From Shigella phage JK32, in sequence record MK962753.1: a DNA stretch of 64,000 nucleotides; one strand, 5' to 3'. Both the position numbers and the translations under genes were made by a program. The notes below the pieces were generated by a model. The model saw only the letters and a program-made list of their open reading frames with translations, had not been told where the DNA came from and searched no databases. Shown here one piece after another: positions 28,442 through 37,100 of this stretch. Position 1 is the stretch's first letter. Each line of letters starts with the position of its first letter.

Positions 28442-29370
28442 TGTTTGATTTAAATGATTTCAACGAACAAGCCGCTAATCTAGACTTTCAGCGATCTAAT
28501 CTATTTTCGGTGGCGTTTGCCACCGTTCCTAGTAGCAAGACACAGCAAATTCTAGAAAATTTTGGTGGTGCTATTCATGATATTATACCTGGTAAATTAA
28601 ATGATTATTTTGGTATTACAGAGGGTGATTATACCGATGCCGTAACAAATTTGGCTATACATGGAGTGCGTAGAGCCGTTACATCGTCCGGTGTCAAAAA
28701 GTATCTTTTAGGTGCAATGTCATCCCGCGTAGTTCAATCTCTTCTGGGGCAATTTGAAGTTGGTACATATGTCATGGATTGGTTCAATATGGCATATAAG
28801 ACAAGCGGTTTGATGGTATATGCTGTTAAAGTTCCAGAAAACCGATTGAGTTATGAAATGGACAGAAACCACAATGCGCCTAACATTAGAATTACTGGAC
28901 GTGATTATGACCCGTTGATTCTTAGCTTTAGAATGGACGCTAGCGCGTCTAATTACAGGGCGATGCAGGATTGGGTTAACTCAGTAGAAGACCCCGTTAC
29001 AGGGCTTCGTGCGCTTCCTGTTGACGTTGAAGCAGATATTCAGGTCAACTTACATAACCGAATGGGAGTTCCTCACACGATCATGATGTTTAATGGTTGT
29101 GTTCCTGTTGGTGTGAGTTCCCCTGAATTAAGCTATGAAAATAACAACGAAATCACAACATTCGATGTTACTTTTGCGTATAGGACTATGCAAACTGGTG
29201 CTGTAGGAGAGCAAGCCGCGCGAGAATGGATTGAGGATAAGGCAATAAACCTGATTCAAAATACTATTGGTGATGGTACATCTGGATCGTTGACCGCTGC
29301 TGGTAGTGCGTTATCTCGCCTACAGGGTGTTGGTGGTAGGATAGTTAATTCTATTACTAGGTTGTTTTAA
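28441..29370 (+). CDS. 54: Baseplate tail tube initiator gp54
   Basis: Strong match to recalled T4 gp54 (FQR.N.FS..FAT.PS, NMAY..SGLM.Y.VK.PENRLSYE, YRAMQDWVNSV.DPVTGLRALP). Confidence 0.92.
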   Translation: MFDLNDFNEQAANLDFQRSNLFSVAFATVPSSKTQQILENFGGAIHDIIPGKLNDYFGITEGDYTDAVTNLAIHGVRRAVTSSGVKKYLLGAMSSRVVQSLLGQFEVGTYVMDWFNMAYKTSGLMVYAVKVPENRLSYEMDRNHNAPNIRITGRDYDPLILSFRMDASASNYRAMQDWVNSVEDPVTGLRALPVDVEADIQVNLHNRMGVPHTIMMFNGCVPVGVSSPELSYENNNEITTFDVTFAYRTMQTGAVGEQAAREWIEDKAINLIQNTIGDGTSGSLTAAGSALSRLQGVGGRIVNSITRLF

Positions 29371-29374
29371 TGTT

Positions 29375-29397
29375 AAAAGGGGCATTGCGCCCCTTTT
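29375..29397. terminator. Bidirectional rho-independent terminator between gene 54 (+) and lipoprotein gene (-)
   Basis: AAAAGGGGC-ATTGC-GCCCCTTTT: perfect stem flanked by A4/T4 on both sides. Confidence 0.75.
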
Positions 29398-29399
29398 AA

Positions 29400-29912
29400 T
29401 TAATTTAGTATATCTTCACACTGTTTACGCAGTTTATACCGGTATTCTTTAGAACTCAGCAATTGAACTTTTTCATAATCTCCAGACTCATATGCACTTG
29501 ACAGGTCGTCTTGATATGCTGCCTCTACCCCGATTCGACAAATGTCATATTTTCGTGCTTTCTTCAAGTCCAATTGTTCTCGCTCAAACTCTTTTCTTCT
29601 TTTCTCTAAATCTTCCTGATAGCTCTTATTTCTGCGATCTATCTTATCTTGAATCTCTGCGATTCTTTGTTGTGCTTCTTGTGGTAGTCCTATACGCGCT
29701 GCTGCCTCATCTTTTTTCTGTAGCATATCAATCACGCAATGTTCAGGGTCTTGATATACAAATTGCTTGACTTGCGAATGATTGTACCATTGAACACAAT
29801 ATTCTTCAACTTGCTGTATTGATGCTGTTGCGACTCGATAATCTTTTAACCCAGCGCACCCATTAAGCATAGCCACTAAAGCCGCAAGACCAATCAGTTT
29901 AATAATTTTCAT
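29400..29912 (-). CDS. Predicted lipoprotein with coiled-coil region
   Basis: N-terminal signal peptide ending in lipobox LNGC; K/E/R-rich helical middle; ATGA-coupled to upstream ART gene. Confidence 0.65.
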   Translation of the reverse strand: MKIIKLIGLAALVAMLNGCAGLKDYRVATASIQQVEEYCVQWYNHSQVKQFVYQDPEHCVIDMLQKKDEAAARIGLPQEAQQRIAEIQDKIDRRNKSYQEDLEKRRKEFEREQLDLKKARKYDICRIGVEAAYQDDLSSAYESGDYEKVQLLSSKEYRYKLRKQCEDILN

Positions 29913-30742
29913 TTAGTCACCTCACCGAAAATTGTAAATTGTCTACGATTCTCATCGCCGAAGGATTCTACTACGTCGTTTACCTTTATGCAAGTCCCGC
30001 GCGGTAAAATTACTTCACATTCGCAAGGATTCCACGCAATCGACCCAACAACAAAACCTTTATGATCTTTTACATCAATTACCCATGATACATTACAAGA
30101 ATGTTGCATCTTTCCGGTCATCGATTCATATCGATTCTCACAATAAAGGCTAGTGCTGTTTGAAAGCCATCCTCCAAAAATGATCGGTGTCATGCTGGTC
30201 GACACAAAGTTTTTAAAGGTAAATTCCTTATCTTCAATAATACGCTCTATTGTTTGAATGTCAAGATGTTGACCACGATAAAGAGTACCGTTTAACTTTT
30301 CGGTTTTATCCATGACACAATCCATCAAATCGACAATCTCTGATATCTCGTCGGTCATGTCTTCCTCGCCTAAGAGAGCACCATTTACCCATTCGTATTG
30401 TTCAGACACATAATCACAGATTGCATTATATTCTGCTGGGGTTATGTTGTTATGTTTGTAATATTTGAATACATTATCTCCAAAATCTTCGGAGTGTACT
30501 TCATACATCACATTAATGATTTTCTTGACAAATCCATAATCTTGTGTCTCTCGCTCAAGGAAGCGGATAATCTTCACATAATCATCAAAGTTAATCTGAT
30601 CGCTGATCATCTCAGTGATCATGTAACCATTAATCCCCTCAATGCCATATGTTTCGATGTAATTATCCATACGTTCCATCATTGATTCGCGTGAATCTTC
30701 TGAAAGACGAAAATCCTGTAATTGTTTGAACATTTTGAACAT
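29909..30742 (-). CDS. ADP-ribosyltransferase-like protein (R-S-E class, Alt/Mod-like)
   Basis: 277 aa; motifs LYRG, F.NFVSTSMTP..FGGW, ECEVILPRG parallel those in the adjacent Alt C-terminal domain. Confidence 0.7.
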   Translation of the reverse strand: MFKMFKQLQDFRLSEDSRESMMERMDNYIETYGIEGINGYMITEMISDQINFDDYVKIIRFLERETQDYGFVKKIINVMYEVHSEDFGDNVFKYYKHNNITPAEYNAICDYVSEQYEWVNGALLGEEDMTDEISEIVDLMDCVMDKTEKLNGTLYRGQHLDIQTIERIIEDKEFTFKNFVSTSMTPIIFGGWLSNSTSLYCENRYESMTGKMQHSCNVSWVIDVKDHKGFVVGSIAWNPCECEVILPRGTCIKVNDVVESFGDENRRQFTIFGEVTK

Positions 30743-30761
30743 TTTAAACCTCCCATATAAC

Positions 30762-30796
30762 AGAAAACGGGGCTAGTATAAAACTAGTCCCCGTTT
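30762..30796 (-). terminator. Hairpin terminator between alt and the ART paralogue
   Basis: Long imperfect stem ACGGGGCTAGT/ACTAGTCCCCGT with flanking A/T runs. Confidence 0.5.
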
Positions 30797-30820
30797 GAGT
30801 CAACCATTATTTCTTAAAAA

Positions 30821-32872
30821 TTACATTTTAAATTTATCTGGCATTGCGTCTACAGATACCAGATCAGCGATAAGCTGACGTAGAGTTGCCTTATCTGCTT
30901 TCTTACGTTCGGTTTTAGCTTCGGTAATAAAGCTGGAGAAAGACAGGTCAGAAGCAGGTTTAACAACACCTTCACGGATGAATGCATCACCGTCCGCGAT
31001 CATCTCGCCAGATTCTTGTAATGCTGCCAGTTCATTTTTGTTCATAATATGTGCCTCAATGTAATAAGTTTCTTGTGAATCCGTCGATGCCGTAGCACGA
31101 GTTACCGTATCAAAGGATAACACAACACCGCGAGGAAGTAAAATCTCGCATTCTTTGTAAGCAAATGCTTTGTTACCTACTGGCAATACGGGGATGTTTT
31201 CCGCGCCAGCAATGGAGAAAGCAACATTAGCGCCACCTTCACCGCGAGATCCAGCCATAGAATCTACACCAGCAACGGCACTAGCCACGTTTGCATTCCA
31301 GCCGCCAAAAATGTTAGGTGCAAGGGAAGTGCTCACATAGTTTTTAAAGTAAAACGCTTTTTGCTTACGTGCAGTTTCCCACATTTGCGACCGGAAGTCC
31401 ATACCACGATACAGAATAGTACCAGGATCAAGTTTAACGCCATAGTTGGAGAAGGCATTATCCAGTGCATCGCACATCTTGACCAATTCTTCTGGATCTG
31501 CGATGCCTTCAAACTCTTCCAGCTTACGGTCGGTTAGGAAGTTGTTCATATTGATGTATGCTGCATCGGCATATTCGCTCAACACAAAACCTTCCGCGCC
31601 CGGCAGATCAAGATCAATATCTGCCATCATTTCACCCATGTTGCTAGCAATTGCTTCAAACATACCGGAAGCAACATTACGTAGGGCATCGGTTTTAATC
31701 TGTGTGATGTGACTACGCAGCATTTCAGCTTTTACATCTGCTGGCATAGACTGGTCTACTCGATCCATTGCCAGGGCGGTGATCTTGTTTTCGAATACTT
31801 CCTCGCTCATGATTTCTTTTAAGCGTTTGATTGATGCTGCGATAACTTCCGCAGACAACGGATCATATTGATCCTGAACTTTTACCAGTTCGCTTACTGC
31901 ATATTTTGCATCGGCTTCGCTTTCAAAAATAGTACGCATGAAACCATAGCGAGTGATAATATCACTTGTCCAGTCATTCAGAGAACGAGCGGTTGAACGT
32001 TCTAAGGCTTGACGATCAATCAGAGTATTAAACTGTTTCTTAGGTTCGGCTTCGGTGATATCTTCTTCTGGTTTAAGATTAATTTTTTCTGGATGATTCA
32101 CGTAGTCGCTGTTATATGTCGCTTGAGTTTTCAGCATTTCTTCTTTAGTCAAACGAGATTTAGCCGCTACGCGTTGTTCCGCTTCCGCGTTTCGTTCTTC
32201 TTCTGACACAAGACTAGCCGCATACGCCTCATCTTTAGTCAGAGATTCACCAGTAGCCTTAGATACCCAGCGATCACCTAAATCACTTTCTACTTTAGTG
32301 AACAAGGATTCATCAAGTTTAATCCCTTTAATCTTATCAATCGCCATCCCGCGACGCTTGACAACAACTAAAGCGATCTTTTTGCTGGTCATTACTTCCT
32401 GCTGGAATACTTCAAACTTCGGTGTACGACGCACCAAACGCTCTATAACGCGCTTAACCAGTTCGGTCTTACCTTTCATGCGGGATACGTTAAAACGGAA
32501 CATAACAGCGTCTAATTGCGCTTTACGGGCTGTTTCCATAACCACATCAAAAGCACTTGCCATAACTGCAATCGGGTTATCGCCTAGACCATTTTTAAGC
32601 TGTACAATACGACCGCTTTTGTTCATTTCGCACAGTACAACATGTGCGGTCTTGTCACCCATACGAATGATTTTAGGTGTTTTGTTGGTGAAGTTACAAA
32701 GACGGACAATCACATCTTTATCGCGTGTCTGTACTGCAAAAAGCTGTTTAGGATTCTGCTTAGGCTTTAAGCACTGTACCGGAGCAATACTGCCAAAGTT
32801 TTCTTCCTCTTCCGTCAACAGCCATTTCTCGAAAGATTCAATCATTAGATCGTCGATTTCTAAGTTAAACAT
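30821..32872 (-). CDS. alt: Alt ADP-ribosyltransferase (capsid-packaged)
   Basis: 683 aa (T4 Alt is about 680 aa); C-terminal ART motifs LYRG...YVSTSLAP..FGGW...ECEILLPRG; position after gene 54. Confidence 0.85.
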   Translation of the reverse strand: MFNLEIDDLMIESFEKWLLTEEEENFGSIAPVQCLKPKQNPKQLFAVQTRDKDVIVRLCNFTNKTPKIIRMGDKTAHVVLCEMNKSGRIVQLKNGLGDNPIAVMASAFDVVMETARKAQLDAVMFRFNVSRMKGKTELVKRVIERLVRRTPKFEVFQQEVMTSKKIALVVVKRRGMAIDKIKGIKLDESLFTKVESDLGDRWVSKATGESLTKDEAYAASLVSEEERNAEAEQRVAAKSRLTKEEMLKTQATYNSDYVNHPEKINLKPEEDITEAEPKKQFNTLIDRQALERSTARSLNDWTSDIITRYGFMRTIFESEADAKYAVSELVKVQDQYDPLSAEVIAASIKRLKEIMSEEVFENKITALAMDRVDQSMPADVKAEMLRSHITQIKTDALRNVASGMFEAIASNMGEMMADIDLDLPGAEGFVLSEYADAAYINMNNFLTDRKLEEFEGIADPEELVKMCDALDNAFSNYGVKLDPGTILYRGMDFRSQMWETARKQKAFYFKNYVSTSLAPNIFGGWNANVASAVAGVDSMAGSRGEGGANVAFSIAGAENIPVLPVGNKAFAYKECEILLPRGVVLSFDTVTRATASTDSQETYYIEAHIMNKNELAALQESGEMIADGDAFIREGVVKPASDLSFSSFITEAKTERKKADKATLRQLIADLVSVDAMPDKFKM

Positions 32873-32913
32873 TTTATATCCTCTAGTTGATAACCTATAA
32901 ACCTATATTTATG

Positions 32914-32938
32914 AAAAAGGGGCTTAACGCCCCCTTTT
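32914..32938 (-). terminator. Rho-independent terminator (minus strand)
   Basis: AAAAAGGGGC-TTAAC-GCCCCCTTTTT hairpin; the same GGGGCTTAACGCCCCC core recurs near 36707. Confidence 0.6.
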
Positions 32939-32940
32939 TA

Positions 32941-33153
32941 TTATAATGCACCATCAAGCAATTGCTCTAAGGTGTATCCTGAATAGTCTTTTTCAATCAG
33001 GATATATTTTCCTACTCGTTTAATCCAACCGCGCATTTCAACGTATTCTGCGTAGTTGATGGTACGAGTTGTTCCATCTTCCAGTAATGCAGTACCGATT
33101 TCGTTGATGCGGTCATAAGTTACGTCGGTAATGATGATTTCGATGTTAGCCAT
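32941..33153 (-). CDS. Hypothetical early protein (70 aa)
   Basis: ORF immediately downstream of an early promoter cassette with RBS AAGGAG. Confidence 0.55.
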   Translation of the reverse strand: MANIEIIITDVTYDRINEIGTALLEDGTTRTINYAEYVEMRGWIKRVGKYILIEKDYSGYTLEQLLDGAL

Positions 33154-33184
33154 TTGATACTCCTTAGTAGTTCGTTTCGGTATG

Positions 33185-33225
33185 TGTGCATTATAGGGGA
33201 TCGATGATCCCCTGTCAACAACTTT
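33185..33225 (-). promoter_or_regulatory. Early sigma70-type promoter cassette with palindromic spacer (PeSL-like), copy 1
   Basis: Minus strand TTGACA-17 nt (GGGGATCATCGATCCCC)-TATAAT, then conserved leader ..CGAAACGA..AAGGAG..ATG. Confidence 0.65.
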
Positions 33226-33744
33226 TTAGTTATTTTTTAATTGCTCATCTTGCAATAAAGCAATCACATGCTGGCGATGTTCTTCCGATTGAGGCACACC
33301 GAAAAAGTTTGTTTTGTAGAAATACTCTAATCGGTCTTCTCGTGTGCTCTCTTCCATCATGATCGCGGGTAGTCCGAGATTTCGGAAACGTCGCTTTTCT
33401 GCTGGCGTAAAATCGCTGTAATACAGCATAGAATCATCATTACCAGCAATGCTAAACTCATCCTTCATGAAGGAGAATATTGCGTTTAAACGCTGTTTAC
33501 CGTCCACTATTTCGATTTCATAGCGAGAGCCATCATCAATCTTAGCCATTGCGATAGCACCAACCGGAAAATCATTAATCAGGTTTTCGATAAACATACG
33601 TTTGTTTTCTGTGTCCCATACTAAAGGACGCTGATAATCTGGGTTCATGTTGATATAGCCATCTTCTAACCATGCATCATAAACAGAGATGACAAAGTTT
33701 TTAGTATTGGTATAGTAACGGCGTTTAGGCGTTAAACGGTTCAT
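33226..33744 (-). CDS. DUF262/ParB-like nuclease domain protein
   Basis: Motifs DYQRPLVW...FPVGAI...IVDGKQRLNAI match the DUF262 (GmrSD N-terminal-like) signature; start at ATG 33744 with RBS AGGAGA (ORF track gives 33780). Confidence 0.6.
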   Translation of the reverse strand: MNRLTPKRRYYTNTKNFVISVYDAWLEDGYINMNPDYQRPLVWDTENKRMFIENLINDFPVGAIAMAKIDDGSRYEIEIVDGKQRLNAIFSFMKDEFSIAGNDDSMLYYSDFTPAEKRRFRNLGLPAIMMEESTREDRLEYFYKTNFFGVPQSEEHRQHVIALLQDEQLKNN

Positions 33745-33745
33745 G

Positions 33746-34078
33746 TTATAGTCTCCTGAATGGATCATCACGTAAATCAATATCTTTTAAGAACTCATCC
33801 CATGAATGGCGGATATTGTTCTTAATTCTCCAGATAAGCGCAGGGATTGAACGCTCTCCCATCTGGAAGTAAGGATCATATGATCCGTATGCCCAATATG
33901 CTACTACAATTCCACAATCAGCGCAATAGTATTCTATTTCACTTGCTGGCGACCAAAGTCCATCAATATGATCGGTGATCTTGCTTTCGATGTTATGGCT
34001 ATGGCAATCAGGGCAACGGATGCAATGACCTTGTTTATCGTAATTTGACGTTAGCGAATACTTAAACAATCTCATCAT
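33746..34078 (-). CDS. Zn-ribbon protein (CxxC...CxxC)
   Basis: 110 aa with CIRCPDCHSH and CADCG pairs; stop abuts next start. Confidence 0.5.
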   Translation of the reverse strand: MMRLFKYSLTSNYDKQGHCIRCPDCHSHNIESKITDHIDGLWSPASEIEYYCADCGIVVAYWAYGSYDPYFQMGERSIPALIWRIKNNIRHSWDEFLKDIDLRDDPFRRL

Positions 34079-34791
34079 AGATCCTTATTGGCTTCAAATA
34101 CTGCCTTTGCGAATCCTCGCGGGGTAAGTGACCTGATAGTCTTTGTTCTGGTTCCTTTTCCGCCTAGCTTAGAATGCTGTTTGCTGTACCCTTTATTAAT
34201 CGGCAACGGTTTCTTTTCTGGCATTATAAAGCCTTGTCCGGTCCATAAGCAAGTCTTTTTCGGGTACATATCACGGGAGGCAATATACTCAGGAAACGTA
34301 GGATGTATATCATCTTCCGGCAAATAACCGCCATATTCCCACGGATGGAACATGTAATCAGGCTTACGCCACATACTAGAGATAACGCTTACAGGATTCT
34401 CTATCATGTAGGGAACTCCTAGCCATTCACCCAAATAAGCGGTTATTTTAGCTGCCCGTACATCATGAACTTGAATCAATGGTCCTTGCTCTCGTTTCTT
34501 TCGTTCAAAGTGTGCAGCGCCACTAACAGCTAAATTGGTGCACGGTGGGAATGCAAATATAATATCCGGTTTCCCCCATTCAAGGTCCATTGCTCTTTCC
34601 AGCCAGTTCAAATCAATCCATGTGTTTACATAGGTAATGTTTGGATGTTCAAATCGGGTATTATACTTTTTGTATGTGCCGTGGTCGCCATCGTCAGCAT
34701 TAAAGCAGATCACCTTATGACCTGCTTTAGCCCATTCTAGCCCCATTATCCCCGATCCGTCAAAGTTGCAGAATATTAATTTTTGTTTCAC
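34075..34791 (-). CDS. C5-cytosine methyltransferase-like protein (motifs I, IV, VI only)
   Basis: FCNFDGSGIMGLEWAKAG (motif I-like), IIFAFPPCTNLAVSGA (PC motif IV-like), VPYMIENPVS (ENV motif VI-like); only 238 aa, no recognisable target-recognition domain. Confidence 0.5.
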   Translation of the reverse strand: MKQKLIFCNFDGSGIMGLEWAKAGHKVICFNADDGDHGTYKKYNTRFEHPNITYVNTWIDLNWLERAMDLEWGKPDIIFAFPPCTNLAVSGAAHFERKKREQGPLIQVHDVRAAKITAYLGEWLGVPYMIENPVSVISSMWRKPDYMFHPWEYGGYLPEDDIHPTFPEYIASRDMYPKKTCLWTGQGFIMPEKKPLPINKGYSKQHSKLGGKGTRTKTIRSLTPRGFAKAVFEANKDL

Positions 34792-35039
34792 GCTGCCCCC
34801 ATTGGTTTGATAGTAACAGAATCTAAAAGACCTTTGTTAGCCAGTTCGCGGCAAGTTTTCAGATCCGTAACTTCCCAGCCAGCCGCAATCAGGTTATCGA
34901 TGAGGATGTTAGCAACTTCCTCGCTCATGAAAGAGCACTGTTTGCCGATGGTGTAGCGTACACGCTGTAATTTCAGTTTACGGAAGCCTTTAACGTTCAG
35001 GTCTTTAGCGATTTTCTTTGCGGTTTCGATGTTAGCCAT
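34788..35039 (-). CDS. Hypothetical early protein (83 aa), first gene of coupled operon
   Basis: Preceded by promoter cassette and RBS AGGAGA; ATGA overlap with next gene. Confidence 0.55.
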   Translation of the reverse strand: MANIETAKKIAKDLNVKGFRKLKLQRVRYTIGKQCSFMSEEVANILIDNLIAAGWEVTDLKTCRELANKGLLDSVTIKPMGAA

Positions 35040-35074
35040 TGTTTGATTCTCCTAAGTAGTATCTCGTCTTGATG

Positions 35075-35115
35075 TGTGTAGTATAGGGGATCTCCCGATC
35101 CCCGTCAACAACTTT
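35075..35115 (-). promoter_or_regulatory. PeSL-like early promoter cassette, copy 2
   Basis: TTGACG-17 nt (GGGATCGGGAGATCCCC)-TATACT on minus strand. Confidence 0.6.
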
Positions 35116-35123
35116 TTTTAAAA

Positions 35124-35405
35124 TTATTCGTGATTAGTTTCGATGTTGTACATTTTGCACCAGTTCAGCCAATCGCCCAGATCTTGATAGTTGATGCTTT
35201 TATCTGCTGCCATCGTTTTTGTCTTGATACCCATATGTGCGTTATGAGTAAGCATTTTTACAGTGAACTCAATTTTATCGCCTTTAGCTTTAACATCAAC
35301 CAGTTTGGTCCACTGGCTACCAGCGCCGCGAATGTTCATACCAACGATGTTTCCGATGTATGCTTCTTTGTTTTTCAGGATTTCGGTTGCTTTGATGAAT
35401 TTCAT
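35124..35405 (-). CDS. Hypothetical early protein (93 aa)
   Basis: ORF with RBS GGAGAG downstream of promoter cassette. Confidence 0.55.
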   Translation of the reverse strand: MKFIKATEILKNKEAYIGNIVGMNIRGAGSQWTKLVDVKAKGDKIEFTVKMLTHNAHMGIKTKTMAADKSINYQDLGDWLNWCKMYNIETNHE

Positions 35406-35434
35406 TTTTGACTCTCCAGTTCGTTTCGGTATGG

Positions 35435-35475
35435 GTGTATTATGCTATGTTCTTACTTTGGTGTCAACAACTTTT
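35435..35475 (-). promoter_or_regulatory. Early promoter cassette, copy 3 (no palindrome in spacer)
   Basis: TTGACA-17 nt-CATAAT with conserved CGAAACGA leader. Confidence 0.55.
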
Positions 35476-35745
35476 TTAGATATTTTCAGAAATAAATTTT
35501 AAAACTTGACGTAAATGCTTCTCATCTTTGATAGTCGCCGGAAGTTCTTCTTTTACTTCCTGTGCAAGATAGATATTGCCGTTCCAAGTGAAAGATCCGT
35601 CTTCGTTTACGCGATAGCTGAACATCCATTCGCAATCATTTTCGATTTCATATACACACAGAAGGGTGTAATCTTCAAAGCTATTGATTTCAAGGTCGAG
35701 GCCGTGACGTTTTGCAAAGTTGGTAGTGGTTTTAGTCAATGCCAT
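35476..35745 (-). CDS. Hypothetical early protein (89 aa)
   Basis: ORF downstream of promoter cassette. Confidence 0.55.
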   Translation of the reverse strand: MALTKTTTNFAKRHGLDLEINSFEDYTLLCVYEIENDCEWMFSYRVNEDGSFTWNGNIYLAQEVKEELPATIKDEKHLRQVLKFISENI

Positions 35746-35779
35746 TGTTTGATTCTCCTAAGTAGTATCTCGTTTCGAT

Positions 35780-35820
35780 GGGTGTATTATGATATAGGCG
35801 TGATCTGGTGTCAACAACTT
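35780..35820 (-). promoter_or_regulatory. Early promoter cassette, copy 4
   Basis: TTGACA-17 nt-CATAAT. Confidence 0.55.
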
Positions 35821-35835
35821 TTTTAAAATTTAGGC

Positions 35836-35859
35836 AATAAAAAGCCGACACTAAGGTCG
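35836..35859 (-). terminator. Rho-independent terminator (minus strand)
   Basis: GCCGAC-ACTAAG-GTCGGC hairpin plus U-run on minus transcript; near-identical copy at 36341..36364. Confidence 0.6.
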
Positions 35860-35866
35860 GCACATT

Positions 35867-36184
35867 TTAAAAATTCTTGCTATATATGCAAGCCTCATAA
35901 TCTAGAGGATGACCGCCAATCCTACCAGGCTTAATATTCCAACCGCATCGATATTTGCTGACCATGCTAACCGTTTCGGTTCTTAGAGCATTTCTTTGCA
36001 AATCATACCCCCTAAATTCTTGTCTATAAGGACAGTCCGCTTTGCAAGTTGGCGGTTCTACGTCATTTAGCGGGTCAGAAGCAGTTGGCTTTATTATCAA
36101 TTCTTTGTTTGCAATAATCATAAGCACATCCCATTGAAGGCAATTTAACATCTTCGCAATAAGTGTTGAATCCGTCAAATACAA
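35867..36184 (-). CDS. Hypothetical Cys-rich protein (start uncertain)
   Basis: 105-aa ORF; overlaps upstream small ORF so the true start may be internal. Confidence 0.4.
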   Translation of the reverse strand: MYLTDSTLIAKMLNCLQWDVLMIIANKELIIKPTASDPLNDVEPPTCKADCPYRQEFRGYDLQRNALRTETVSMVSKYRCGWNIKPGRIGGHPLDYEACIYSKNF

Positions 36185-36254
36185 TCACTTCGTATTTGAC
36201 TCCATCGGCGATAGCTTTTACTTTATACCATCCATGCTTGTATAAAATCTTCAT
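36075..36254 (-). CDS. Small hypothetical protein (59 aa)
   Basis: ATG with RBS GAGGGA downstream of promoter cassette. Confidence 0.4.
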   Translation of the reverse strand: MKILYKHGWYKVKAIADGVKYEVIVFDGFNTYCEDVKLPSMGCAYDYCKQRIDNKANCF

Positions 36255-36284
36255 CTTTATTTCCCTCAATCTCGTTTCGATGGG

Positions 36285-36325
36285 TGTATTATGCTATACA
36301 CAGGATCTAGTGTCAACAACTTTTT
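36285..36325 (-). promoter_or_regulatory. Early promoter cassette, copy 5
   Basis: TTGACA-17 nt-CATAAT. Confidence 0.55.
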
Positions 36326-36340
36326 AAAATTTTATGCAAT

Positions 36341-36364
36341 AAAAAAGCCGACACTAAGGTCGGC
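36341..36364 (-). terminator. Rho-independent terminator (minus strand)
   Basis: Same GCCGACACTAAGGTCGGC hairpin as at 35836. Confidence 0.6.
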
Positions 36365-36372
36365 TAATAAAA

Positions 36373-36678
36373 TCATTTAGACAAATAATCATTCTGTGCA
36401 ATCCGGTCGGCATGTTCCGGCGTTACGTCAATTGCAATCACTTTAACGCGCGCTTTCTTGACTGAATTTTCTCGTAGCCAGTGCGTGTGACCGTGCACAT
36501 TTTTATATTTTGATGCGGTTTCGAAGGTACGGATCGGACCTGGGTAATCAGCGTAAAGGATCTCTAGGTCATCGGTGATGTAAAAATATACGTTGTAATT
36601 ACTGTTCTCTAGCTTAAGCAGAGACTTTCGGAACATTGGGAGATTTTCGCGGGTAAATTCAAAGATATTATCTTTCAT
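36373..36678 (-). CDS. HxHW-family paralogue 1 (uncharacterised small protein family)
   Basis: 101 aa; conserved Y.Y(I/V)D..L......HGHTHW......VIAIDV signature shared with five neighbouring ORFs. Confidence 0.6.
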   Translation of the reverse strand: MKDNIFEFTRENLPMFRKSLLKLENSNYNVYFYITDDLEILYADYPGPIRTFETASKYKNVHGHTHWLRENSVKKARVKVIAIDVTPEHADRIAQNDYLSK

Positions 36679-36728
36679 AGTATTATCCTCAATAGTTGGA
36701 TGAAAAGGGGGCTTAACGCCCCCATATA

Positions 36729-37016
36729 TTAAAACAGTCCTTCCTGTACACCGTAGTAGAGTTCGTCGCTGATAATTTCATTAATGCGACGGTGTGCATA
36801 TTCCTGATTTGCGAAGTTGTCAGCAAGTTCTACTTTAGTTTCGCCGTCATGAGTCCATTTAGTGATAACTTTACCGTCTGCAAATTTGAAGTTGAACTCT
36901 TTAGCTACTGCATCGCGTACCAGACGTGCAAACTTATTGTTGCGGATTGCATTATCGGTTTCGTGTGCAGCGTGAGCAAATTTGTTAACTTTCAGCGTGA
37001 TAGTGATGTATGCCAT
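36729..37016 (-). CDS. Hypothetical early protein (95 aa)
   Basis: ORF with RBS GGAGAA downstream of promoter cassette. Confidence 0.55.
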   Translation of the reverse strand: MAYITITLKVNKFAHAAHETDNAIRNNKFARLVRDAVAKEFNFKFADGKVITKWTHDGETKVELADNFANQEYAHRRINEIISDELYYGVQEGLF

Positions 37017-37059
37017 AATTTGATTCTCCTAGTTAGAAAGTGTATCTCGTTTCGATGGG

Positions 37060-37100
37060 TGTATTATGCAATACACCCGATCTTATGTCAACACTTTTTA
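37060..37100 (-). promoter_or_regulatory. Early promoter cassette, copy 6
   Basis: TTGACA-17 nt-CATAAT. Confidence 0.55.

Noticed and set aside
34075-34791. Calling the 238-aa methyltransferase-like protein a bona fide restriction-modification DNA methyltransferase
   Set aside because: It has only the N-terminal catalytic motifs and is too short for a target-recognition domain, and no cognate restriction endonuclease is adjacent; kept as methyltransferase-like with unknown substrate.
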